A stretch of DNA of 64,000 nt from an archaeon. GTDB taxonomy: Archaea; EX4484-52; WAPT01. Where the stretch lies: NCBI GenBank assembly GCA_029258795.1, contig JAPDKB010000004.1, positions 67,420-131,419 on the forward strand. Reading direction: 5' to 3'. Position numbers and translations under genes: made by a program. This document shows, in pieces, positions 20,074 to 28,425 of the stretch. Below the pieces are notes generated by a model. The model saw only the letters and a list, made by a program, of their open reading frames with translations, did not search any database and was not told where the DNA came from. Each line of letters opens with the position of its first letter. Position 1 is the first letter of the stretch.

Positions 20074-20996
20074 ATCGCTTCCTCCAATACGGGTATGATG
20101 CTAACAACTTTGAGCTTGGGTCTTTTTTTCTGAGCTATGGTATCGGTGACCACTATTTTATCTGCATGCTTCGCAACCTTCTTGTAACCGTCCCCCACAA
20201 ACAGACCGTGTGTGGCTGCACACACGACAGCATCACATTTCAGCTCTTCCTTCAAAAGCTTGGCAGCTCCAGCCATCGTTCCGCCACCAGCTATCATGTC
20301 ATCCAGCACAAGAATATTTTTACCCTTTAAACTACCCTTCTCATAAACAACCTTAACTTCGTAGTCGCGCTTCCCTGCCCTACAGGAGCATTTAGTGACT
20401 TCAGCTCCACAATGTTTACACACCTTTGTTTTTTTGAAGCCCTTCAGGAATTTAACTCCGAGCATCTCAAGCCATTTGGATCCGCCAAAATCGGGAGTAA
20501 CTATTTCCAGCTTTCCGAACTCCTGTTCAACCGCACTTATGAGCTCGAAGACGGCGGTGGCATTTTTTATGGTGATACCTTTCTTGGTCATCTTTTTCGT
20601 GGTTCTCATGAAGTGTGCATCTACCGTTATTATTTCTCTCACATTGAGGATGGACAGGAGCTCAAGCACCGCCATGCTGGAGATGGTTTCACCATCCATA
20701 AACCTCTTATCCTGCCTTGAATAAGCGTAATAGGGAAGTATGCAGGTTATTTCCTTAACACCGTGGTCCTTCAGAACGTGACAGGCGAAGAGCAGTTCCA
20801 TAAGCTTCCGGTCCTGTTCTGGATAAGGCGTCTGTACAACATACATCTTGTTTCTGTTTAGGTGTTTCACGTCCACCCTGACATACGTTTCGCCATCAGG
20901 AAACTGCTTCGTCATTACCTGTACAACATCTCCGGCTTTCCACCCTTCTTCCAGATGTTTTGCACCACTCAAAAACACGAAACTCACAGCCACCAC
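20055..20996 (-). CDS. prs: Ribose-phosphate pyrophosphokinase with a Cys-rich insertion
   Basis: FPDGETYVR, PYYAYSRQD, VDAH, PDFGG, LDDMIAGGGTM, ATHGLF. Confidence 0.92.
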   Translation of the reverse strand: MVAVSFVFLSGAKHLEEGWKAGDVVQVMTKQFPDGETYVRVDVKHLNRNKMYVVQTPYPEQDRKLMELLFACHVLKDHGVKEITCILPYYAYSRQDKRFMDGETISSMAVLELLSILNVREIITVDAHFMRTTKKMTKKGITIKNATAVFELISAVEQEFGKLEIVTPDFGGSKWLEMLGVKFLKGFKKTKVCKHCGAEVTKCSCRAGKRDYEVKVVYEKGSLKGKNILVLDDMIAGGGTMAGAAKLLKEELKCDAVVCAATHGLFVGDGYKKVAKHADKIVVTDTIAQKKRPKLKVVSIIPVLEEAIWGVEQ

Positions 20997-21739
20997 CCCA
21001 CGAGCTTACCTCTGTTCCAATCATCTATGACTCTTTTTGCCGCTCTGTTCATATCATAAACGTTTCCCCTACCAACAAAGTTGAATTTCTTGGCTATCAT
21101 CTCGAGTGCCTTCTCCTCATCCTCCAGCTCAAATTCATACATTTCCTTAAAGTTATTTCCTTCAGCATTTTTTATTTTTTTGAGGAGAGTCAAGGCAGCG
21201 TTTTCCAGCTCTTCCCCGGGAAAAAGCACTGGCCTCCATTCCTTTTCAGCCATTTCAGGAGGGATCACACCGGGCGTGTCCGAGAGCATGATATTTTTCG
21301 TTATCCTTATCCATTGCTTCCCTCTCGTGTGTCCTGGTTTTGGAGCCACACTTGCCTTTTTTCTCCTTGCAAGCATGTTGATCAGGCTGCTCTTCCCCAC
21401 GTTGGGATAGCCAAAGACGCACAGCTTCTTTCTTTCCTCCGTGCCGAGATGTCTTTTCAGACTCCACTTCAAAATGTTGAACCCGTAGTATTTGGTTGCG
21501 GAAACGTGCACGACATCAACAGCATTGCTATCTTCCTTTATGACATTCTTTGCTCTGTCCGCAAACTCTTTCGGCACGAGGTCAACCTTGTTTATAACTA
21601 TCCAGTACGGCTTGTTCAACCTCTCCACAAACCTCTCGAGCTTTCTGCATCTGAGCTCAGAAGGACATCTGGCATCCACCACTTCTATGGCAGCATCGCT
21701 ATCCAAAATTTCTCTTTTAACCAGCTTTAAAAGCTCCAT
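20984..21739 (-). CDS. Circularly permuted GTPase, RbgA/YlqF family
   Basis: EVVDARCP, NKVDL before GYPNVGKSS, PGHTRGKQW, DTPG. Confidence 0.93.
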   Translation of the reverse strand: MELLKLVKREILDSDAAIEVVDARCPSELRCRKLERFVERLNKPYWIVINKVDLVPKEFADRAKNVIKEDSNAVDVVHVSATKYYGFNILKWSLKRHLGTEERKKLCVFGYPNVGKSSLINMLARRKKASVAPKPGHTRGKQWIRITKNIMLSDTPGVIPPEMAEKEWRPVLFPGEELENAALTLLKKIKNAEGNNFKEMYEFELEDEEKALEMIAKKFNFVGRGNVYDMNRAAKRVIDDWNRGKLVGWWL

Positions 21740-21896
21740 AACACAATACTCTGCACTTAAATTAAAAATAAATACTCGTATCACACATAACTCTGTTTAT
21801 AATTCACTACTTAAAAGTAACAAAAACTATTAAATTTAAGAGTAAAAAAGTGTGTAAAAAGACAAAAACAGCTTCCAGTTCCTTCAAAACATCGCG

Positions 21897-21976
21897 CCGG
21901 GATATCGTCGCTTCGGGACCGGTTCTCGGATCTTCTTAGATGAACTCATAGAGCCGGTGTGTCCCGGCTGTCCCGG
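21897..21976 (+). ncRNA. GC-rich long imperfect hairpin, possible structured leader or sRNA
   Basis: CCGGGATA/TGTCCCGG, GGGAC/GTCCC and CCGGTTCT/AGAGCCGG nested stems with G-U pairs in AT-rich DNA. Confidence 0.5.
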
Positions 21977-22013
21977 AAACTAATTCTTAACAAAAATAAA
22001 AGGAGGGGAGAGA

Positions 22014-22121
22014 ATGAGGAAGGATGTCTTGTTGTTTGTTTCGTTATGTGAAATGTTAAGAGTATTGCTGGGAGATTTGGAAGTGGTGATAGAGCTTCCG
22101 ATAGGGGGTGAAAGTGCGTGA
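22014..22121 (+). CDS. 35-aa small ORF (MRKDVLLFVSLCEMLRVLLGDLEVVIELPIGGESA)
   Basis: Strong SD AGGAGGGG; stop overlaps the next gene start; below the ORF-track cutoff. Confidence 0.5.
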   Translation: MRKDVLLFVSLCEMLRVLLGDLEVVIELPIGGESA

Positions 22122-22458
22122 CTACATACAAAAACCCAGAAAAATCCTTGAATCAAGGGAATTGAAAATTATGGAAGTTGACGAGATCGTTGAGGACTTC
22201 AGAAAACTTGAGGAATTCGAACTCATGACCTTTGTCGTGAGAAGACCATTGAAATTAAGCCAAGTGATGTCATTCGTCACCCAACTAGAAAAAATCTACG
22301 AAGATCTAATAATGGGGAGATACGCAGTGTTCTCAATTTTATTGACATACCAAGAATATACTTACAAGATAACTGTCGATGTACCAGGTCAGGCAATAGA
22401 GACTCGTGAGGCAACACAACAAGAACTCGAGGAACTGGTGGACATACTAAATCTCTAA
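22114..22458 (+). CDS. Hypothetical protein
   Basis: ORF with GGGGGTGA SD before GTG 22114. Confidence 0.65.
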   Translation: MRDYIQKPRKILESRELKIMEVDEIVEDFRKLEEFELMTFVVRRPLKLSQVMSFVTQLEKIYEDLIMGRYAVFSILLTYQEYTYKITVDVPGQAIETREATQQELEELVDILNL

Positions 22459-22538
22459 AGAATTGAGTAGATACCAGAGCTCGAGAATAAAAAATATTTT
22501 TCTAGAATTTTCACCTATTTTTATTTTTCTTTTATTTC

Positions 22539-22555
22539 TGGGAAATTTATCCCAT
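22539..22555 (+). repeat. Copy of dispersed quasi-palindrome TGGGAAATTTATCCCAT
   Basis: Preceded by CCTATTTTTATTTTTCTTTT, like the copies at 88-104 and 18585-18601. Confidence 0.75.
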
Positions 22556-22571
22556 ACATTGTACACGATTT

Positions 22572-22610
22572 TTAATTCCCTCTCATCCCCGAACCAACAG
22601 GAGTTCTCAC
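22572..22610. repeat. 39-bp perfect direct repeat, copy 1
   Basis: TTAATTCCCTCTCATCCCCGAACCAACAGGAGTTCTCAC, identical to 23970-24008. Confidence 0.95.
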
Positions 22611-22683
22611 ACTTTCATAACTGAGGCTCATCAACCCAAGACCTTTCAACATTTTTATACTCGTACATACAACATAAAGGTGT

Positions 22684-23874
22684 ATGAAGAAAAAAGGACT
22701 ATCTATCCAGACCATAGGTATAGTTCTTTTATTGGCAGTGGTTTCAGCTCTCATTTTCAGAGCGTACGGGTTCGTCATCAATCCGGAAGGCAAAAAGTAT
22801 ACCGATCTCATAGACCTGCCTTATAAAGGCATCGAGTCAATTGTGGATAATTCTAGTGAACCGGCATATACTCCCACACCATCTCCATCTACTGATGATC
22901 AGACAGATTCACAAGATTCAGACTCGAACTCTGGTGGGTCGGATGGAAGCGATCAAAATTCTAATGATGAAAGTGGTCAAGGCGATTCGAAAATATCCGT
23001 TCGTATCAAAGCAATTCTAGATACTTCGGTTGACGAAAATGAATATAGAAGATTTATAGAGAAGATTGAAAATTATTTGAACACTCAAGGTATAAAAATA
23101 GATTTGGAAGTTGTAGATATAACCACATACATGGATAAAGACCCTGATGATCAAGATTGTTGTAGATCTCACAACTTGGGAAGCGATGACTCTGCAGATC
23201 TTCTAATGTGTGTTGGTCCGGGTGAAGGTTGGTTCTGGGCCAAACCGGTCGTTGGAGCAAACACGAACCCTCCATTTGGATTTTCGGATGTTGGTGTTAG
23301 GGCGGAAGCACATGAAATTCTTCATTTCTTGGGATGTTCGGACGAAGTTTACCCTCCAGAAATGCCAAAAATGGGGTCGGACGTTAATAAAGAGAATATA
23401 GACGCTTCCGTTATGCACGAATATGGGAGAGATGATGCGAAAGTAAGCTATGTGTGTAGAGAAATAGCAAACTATAACCTTAAGAATCTCAGAGCTTCGG
23501 TTGAAATGAAGTATCCACGCTGTTTTGATAGTCATTTCTCTACCATAATGCCGGACGAAATACTCCTAAAGTTTTCTGACGCTAAAACTAGAAATATTTA
23601 CGAATTTTTCTTTAATTTTGAAGGAGGATTTGATTATCAATATGTAAAAGAGTGTGATGAAAAGGAATGTGATGTTCAAGTCTTCAACAAAAGAGACGGA
23701 AAATGGGTCTGGGGGTACAAAATCGAGGAACAATCCGGCAATGTTTACTGGATTCCGTACTATTTGCTTGAGGAGTGCTGGGTTGAAAGTGGATTCAAAA
23801 ACTTAGAAGAATGCACATTTTTATGTGAGGAAGCTGGAAAATGGTGTAAATTAGAGTCGTGGAAAGTTTCATAA
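22684..23874 (+). CDS. Secreted zinc metalloprotease-like protein with class III-like signal peptide
   Basis: MKKKG/LS plus hydrophobic stretch, Ser/Asp linker, AHEILHFLGCSDE zincin motif. Confidence 0.7.
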   Translation: MKKKGLSIQTIGIVLLLAVVSALIFRAYGFVINPEGKKYTDLIDLPYKGIESIVDNSSEPAYTPTPSPSTDDQTDSQDSDSNSGGSDGSDQNSNDESGQGDSKISVRIKAILDTSVDENEYRRFIEKIENYLNTQGIKIDLEVVDITTYMDKDPDDQDCCRSHNLGSDDSADLLMCVGPGEGWFWAKPVVGANTNPPFGFSDVGVRAEAHEILHFLGCSDEVYPPEMPKMGSDVNKENIDASVMHEYGRDDAKVSYVCREIANYNLKNLRASVEMKYPRCFDSHFSTIMPDEILLKFSDAKTRNIYEFFFNFEGGFDYQYVKECDEKECDVQVFNKRDGKWVWGYKIEEQSGNVYWIPYYLLEECWVESGFKNLEECTFLCEEAGKWCKLESWKVS

Positions 23875-23969
23875 AAATTCTTTCGATCGGAGTATGGAGA
23901 AGGGCGGATTTACATGCTATCCCCAAATCGTAAATTCTGAAGAAAAGGCCCAATCAACCCAACGAAATG

Positions 23970-24008
23970 TTAATTCCCTCTCATCCCCGAACCAACAGGA
24001 GTTCTCAC
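23970..24008. repeat. 39-bp perfect direct repeat, copy 2 (3' end of the nucleotidyltransferase gene)
   Basis: Identical to 22572-22610; minus strand encodes VRTPVGSGMRGN-stop. Confidence 0.95.
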
Positions 24009-24750
24009 GCGCCACCCATCTATCTCAAAACCACCCATTCGCTTCATCACATGCTTGGCAAGAGAACGGGCACGATCCACCATGTTTTTAGGATGGGTGA
24101 CGCGAGGCCCGCATAAACAATTCCAAAAACTCCTGATCCGGAAACTCCGGAAACAGGTATTTTTCTTTTGTCTCCTGATAAGTGAGCATCTCCACCACTT
24201 TACAATCCTTTGGGAGGGGATATTCCAAAAACTTACAGTAAATCTCAAGCCATCTTCCAATGGCTCTAAAGTAAGCAAAGCTGAGGGATGGAGATTCCTT
24301 TTCAAAAGCATCCTCTATCCCATCCAGATCATCCCATATGTTGTACTTCCAGAGCTCTATCCTCGCTTTTGAGGGACATGGAAACCTTTTCCTGACCCAT
24401 TTTTTCGCCTCCCTTTTAAGAGCAGCAACCACACCTTCAGGGTCCCATAATATCTCCCTTGTGACAAACTGGGTGGCTGTGGTGATGCATCCGGCAGCAT
24501 AATCCTCCTGAAAGTATTCCTTAATCTGACGCGGCGGATTTGCAAAATATTCTATTAGGTGGTTGTCAACAACCTTGTTGCCGCGCTCCCTCCATTTCAC
24601 ACCATCATCAAGAATGATGTGTACATCAATGTCTGAACGGGAAGAAGCACAACCCGTAACAAAGCTCCCACAGACCATGAATCCGCGCACATACTTTTTC
24701 CTTTTCCATGGCTCCAGAAACTTCCACAGGGCTTTTCTCCACGAATCCAA
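23970..24750 (-). pseudogene. Nucleotidyltransferase-domain gene with a frameshift near 24104
   Basis: GSFVTG..SDIDV motif, RERGN, IEYFANPP; the family-like tail MGGFEIDGW lies in another frame. Confidence 0.75.
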
Positions 24751-24790
24751 AAGAAATTAAGATATCAAGCGTAATAAATTTTGTGCATAG

Positions 24791-24875
24791 AAGGACGCGG
24801 CTCATAAGCTACTCCTGAAATCATACACCTCATTCTGGGACGGCTTAATCATCGCCGCAGTTAGAATTTTGTGCC
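24791..24875 (+). pseudogene. PIN-domain (VapC-like) gene fragment
   Basis: Translates KDAAHKLLLKSYTSFWDGLIIAAVRI, with no start codon. Confidence 0.5.
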
Positions 24876-24900
24876 CAATCTTAAAAAACTTCATCCTTCA

Positions 24901-26001
24901 TCAACCGTCCACCCCATAAAGCGGCTCCACCTGCATGATAAATCTATCTTCCGCAGGAAGCTCCCAGACAAGCTCGACCTTATATCCGAACTTGCTTGCC
25001 TTCTGCCCCAGCTTATCTGATGTCTCCACTACCCCTCTCTTTTCGTCAATTTCAAACAGCCTGGGCGATGCTCTCAAAACCTTCTGCAACTCCTCCTTCA
25101 ACTCTTTCAAGCTCTGTCCTTCTTTTGGATAAACGTAAGCTTTCAGAAGCCATCCTTCCTCACTCACCTTTTCATAGGGCTTCTTTATGCTCTCGGCTCT
25201 TAGCTTCATCCTGTTGCGCAGCTGATAATATTCCTTCACATAGCTCTCGCAGAAATGAGCGCTAAGCTTTGTGGTATATACGGCTATGTATTTCATGAGC
25301 TTTCTTCCGAGCTCATAGCTTCCAGCTATGGTGTTGAACTCATCGTAGTTCAGCTCGTAACCTCTCGCAAGAATTTCATCCACAGTCAGCTCTGAGGCCT
25401 CAAACTCGTTGAGGTTGATGAATTTAGCTCCTGCTTCCTCTATGTAGTGCACCATCTCCTTTATGTAATCTTCCTTGTCTGGAATGCAGGGAATCTCGAC
25501 GCCCACATCAAAAGCATAGCTTGCAGCTATTCCAACAAGCTCCCAGTTGCGCTTGCTTTCCATATCAAGATGGAATCTCAACTCATCAAGTCCAGCATCC
25601 TCAAGCTTTCCAAGCACATCCCTGAACTTTTCCTCATTCAGAATTCCGTAAGTATAAAGGTGGATGTGAAAGTCCTTTCCGAAAGTTTCCTTGAGCAGTT
25701 TAATGTAATGCAACGTTCTATCCAACCTCAGTAAGGGATCCCCTCCGGTAACGCCAACACCCTTGGACTGGCAAAGCTCCACCTCTCTAATCACATCTTC
25801 ATCCTTCTTAACCATGACTTCGTTTATCACCACAACATCTTTGTTCTTCTTGTAGGATGAGAGGGGACAATAGAAACAATTAACTGCACAGATACCTGTA
25901 ACAAAAAGAACGGATTTGAGCCCCTTTATACAAAGATCACAACCTTTAGGAAGCGTACCTATGTACTTTGAACCAGCAAGACTGGACTTGATCTTCCTCA
26001 T
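24901..26001 (-). CDS. Radical SAM protein (archaeal COG2108-like)
   Basis: GCDLC..K.VLFVTGICAVNCFYCP, TGGDP, HIHLYT, GLDELRFH, NLNEFE. Confidence 0.9.
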   Translation of the reverse strand: MRKIKSSLAGSKYIGTLPKGCDLCIKGLKSVLFVTGICAVNCFYCPLSSYKKNKDVVVINEVMVKKDEDVIREVELCQSKGVGVTGGDPLLRLDRTLHYIKLLKETFGKDFHIHLYTYGILNEEKFRDVLGKLEDAGLDELRFHLDMESKRNWELVGIAASYAFDVGVEIPCIPDKEDYIKEMVHYIEEAGAKFINLNEFEASELTVDEILARGYELNYDEFNTIAGSYELGRKLMKYIAVYTTKLSAHFCESYVKEYYQLRNRMKLRAESIKKPYEKVSEEGWLLKAYVYPKEGQSLKELKEELQKVLRASPRLFEIDEKRGVVETSDKLGQKASKFGYKVELVWELPAEDRFIMQVEPLYGVDG

Positions 26002-26049
26002 GAGAAAGAGCTTTCTACATGATAATTTTTAACCTTATCTCAAAAGAGG

Positions 26050-26232
26050 AAAAAATCGGGCTCGGACGGTGGGGGACGCGAACCTTCTCAACCCTGCGGT
26101 CTAGGACCGTGACCTTTGTCCCCCACCCTCCGAATCCGGAAGGCATGGCCTTTTCGGTCAACCTCTGATGCCCTCTTTGGCACAGGGTCTCATCCCGAAT
26201 TATGCCCTGTCCAACCCTGGTGCCATCTACAC
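26050..26232 (-). ncRNA. Unidentified structured RNA with three stem domains
   Basis: TATA box TTTAAATA at about 26259-26252, three GC-rich stems, T6 tract at the 3' end. Confidence 0.65.
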
Positions 26233-26395
26233 ACCTTTATGGATTCGCTACTATTTAAACTTTCCTGTGTCTCAATATAGATTTTGCAGAATCAACTGAT
26301 AAAAATTAAAAGATTTTTGATAAAAAATTGATAAAAAATAACCAAAAAATTACAAAAAAATTTGCTGATTTGATGCGATTTTGGAGGGGTGGCTT

Positions 26396-26911
26396 GTGTT
26401 GCATGCCCTCTCAACCAGAGAAAAACAGGTGTTTGCAGAACTGTTGAAAGATGCAAGACAGTCCGATAGAGAGATAGCCAGAAAGCTAAAGATGTCCCAA
26501 CCGTCAGTGAGCAGAATAAGGCAGAAGCTTGAAAAGACGGGTCTCATAAAGAGGTATGCTGCTCTACCGGACATAAGCAAGTGCGGTCTCAATCTCTTTG
26601 CAATAACGTTCTTTGAGTGGAAGGATCACACCAAGAAAGAAGAGCTGAACGAGCTTGTGTCGTTTTTGAGTTCACATCCAAACGTAATTCTATTCGGGAA
26701 AGGAGAGGGGATGAGCGGAAGAACAACGATCATTCTGTCCATCCATTCTGATTACGAATCATTTTTCGAGATGATCCACCAGATAAGGGAAAGGTGGGAC
26801 ACGCTCATTACAGCCATGGACCACTTTCTCACCACATCAAAATCCGTCAGAAAGGGTGGCGATGTAGCCTCAGCTATAGTTAAGATGCTTCGTGGCTCCA
26901 GCCATCACTGA
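26396..26911 (+). CDS. Lrp/AsnC-family transcriptional regulator
   Basis: LLKDARQSDREIARKLKMSQPSVSRIRQKLEKTGLIKRY; GGAGGGG SD before GTG. Confidence 0.9.
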   Translation: MLHALSTREKQVFAELLKDARQSDREIARKLKMSQPSVSRIRQKLEKTGLIKRYAALPDISKCGLNLFAITFFEWKDHTKKEELNELVSFLSSHPNVILFGKGEGMSGRTTIILSIHSDYESFFEMIHQIRERWDTLITAMDHFLTTSKSVRKGGDVASAIVKMLRGSSHH

Positions 26912-27510
26912 CAGAACCTCCTGTTAAACTCTTCTTCCAATTTTTTCAGTTTTTTATCATTTTCCTCCATTCTGACGTTCATCACATCCACAACAAACTT
27001 TATGTAATCTTCATCCACTTTCAGCCGGTTATCGATTCCGAGCGGTGTTGCGATGTAATCCGTGGCGATTATTTCAACAAAGGGGAACGGCTCAAGCCTG
27101 AATATTCCGCTCCTCTTGAATCCCAGCTCCACACAGAGTTTTATCAGTTCTCCGGCATCTCTAACCGATCTACACCCCACATGAAGTATGAATGACTCGC
27201 ATTTCAGCCAGAGAACAGCACCACCGTACATTCCGCTGGCTGTTGCCATCTTCACTTTCTCCATAACTTCTTCAACTTCAACCTTTCTGTGCCATTTTGC
27301 AATGAAGACGTGATCTTTCTTCTTTCCTCTCAAAGGAACACACGATAACGATATCCTCCCGCTGCAGGATGAGGTTGTGAAAAAGCTTGTTGTGGAGTTT
27401 ATGAGCTCAAGGAGGGGAATTATTCCTTCATCCACCTCTCCCCTCTCCATCGCTCTAGCTAGAGAGTCCAGACTCTTCTTTTTGTGCTCATCAAAATCCA
27501 CGCCTTTCAC
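26905..27510 (-). CDS. taw3: tRNA wybutosine-derivative methyltransferase Taw3/TYW3
   Basis: VDEGIIPLLELIN, FTTSSCSGRI, KWH, ILHV, GFKRSG. Confidence 0.93.
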   Translation of the reverse strand: MKGVDFDEHKKKSLDSLARAMERGEVDEGIIPLLELINSTTSFFTTSSCSGRISLSCVPLRGKKKDHVFIAKWHRKVEVEEVMEKVKMATASGMYGGAVLWLKCESFILHVGCRSVRDAGELIKLCVELGFKRSGIFRLEPFPFVEIIATDYIATPLGIDNRLKVDEDYIKFVVDVMNVRMEENDKKLKKLEEEFNRRFCQ

Positions 27511-28157
27511 CTCTCAAGAACCATCCTAACATCAGCGGCAACAACCCTGTCCTTCCACACCATGACAGGATTGAGATCCATCTCGTGTATGTCCTCCCTC
27601 TCAACCATCTTAACAACCTTCATCACGAAGTCCGCAACTTTTCCTTTGTCCGCTTGCGGATAATTCCTGAAGCCATCAAGCAAAAAGCCGTATTTCAACT
27701 CGTTGAACATACTCATAACGTCTTTCCTAGTTAGCGGAAGGACACGCACCGCAACATCCTTTATAACCTCGGTGAACACACCACCCAGCCCAAACAAAAC
27801 CACTTTGCCAAAAACATCATCCGTCTTAACACCAATGATGATCTCAATCCCCCTTTCCATCTTCTCAACAGCCACACCCTCCAGAATCATTTTTTTCTTT
27901 TTGACAATCTTCATCAGGTTTCGAAAAGTAAGTATAACCTCCTCATCACAGTTTATGTGGGTTACCACCCCACCAACATCACTTTTGTGAAGCGCATCAG
28001 GACTGACAATTTTCATCACAACCGGATATCCTATCTTTCTCGCGGCTTTCACAGCTTCACTCTCATTATTAACAAGCTCACCCTCACTTACCTCCACACC
28101 ATTCCTTGTAAGGATTTCCCTGGCTTTCCAATAGCTCACGTTCATTAATCCCATCAA
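27507..28157 (-). CDS. acdB: ADP-forming acetate-CoA ligase, beta (ATP-grasp) subunit
   Basis: GYPVVMKIVS..HKSDVGGV, FGLGGVFTEVIKD, EMDLNP. Confidence 0.92.
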   Translation of the reverse strand: MMGLMNVSYWKAREILTRNGVEVSEGELVNNESEAVKAARKIGYPVVMKIVSPDALHKSDVGGVVTHINCDEEVILTFRNLMKIVKKKKMILEGVAVEKMERGIEIIIGVKTDDVFGKVVLFGLGGVFTEVIKDVAVRVLPLTRKDVMSMFNELKYGFLLDGFRNYPQADKGKVADFVMKVVKMVEREDIHEMDLNPVMVWKDRVVAADVRMVLER

Positions 28158-28164
28158 CTCACCT

Positions 28165-28383
28165 TCATCTTCTCTTCAACCTGTAGGTCTTGATAAGTCC
28201 TGAATAATTTTTTACTTCCTCAACCACATCAGCAAGATAGTTTTGAATGTAGCGGTGCACCGTGCTTTTTGGAATTCTGGTCAATCTTGCTATCTCCATC
28301 ACCCACAACCCCTCAGGATGCTGCCTGAGAACTTCCACAATTTTCTCTATTTTCCTTGGATCAGGACCCGGAGGCCTTGGCAT
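28165..28383 (-). CDS. Small winged-HTH protein
   Basis: VLRQHPEGLWVMEIARLTRIPKSTVHRY. Confidence 0.8.
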   Translation of the reverse strand: MPRPPGPDPRKIEKIVEVLRQHPEGLWVMEIARLTRIPKSTVHRYIQNYLADVVEEVKNYSGLIKTYRLKRR

Positions 28384-28425
28384 GCAACCACCTTAAACCT
28401 GCTCAAGAATTAGTGGGAAGAACAT

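Noticed and set aside
19770-21730. Plus-strand ORFs of 186 and 256 aa
   Set aside because: Antisense to yjbQ, prs and the RbgA GTPase, which have clear motifs.
22572-24008. 39-bp repeats as a CRISPR array
   Set aside because: Only two copies 1.4 kb apart, no spacer periodicity and no cas genes.
26050-26232. Structured RNA as 5S rRNA, SRP RNA, RNase P RNA or hammerhead ribozyme
   Set aside because: CTCATCCCGAA resembles 5S loop C but the flanking helices do not fit. No SRP helix-8 motif, no RNase P P4 consensus and no CUGANGA core were found.
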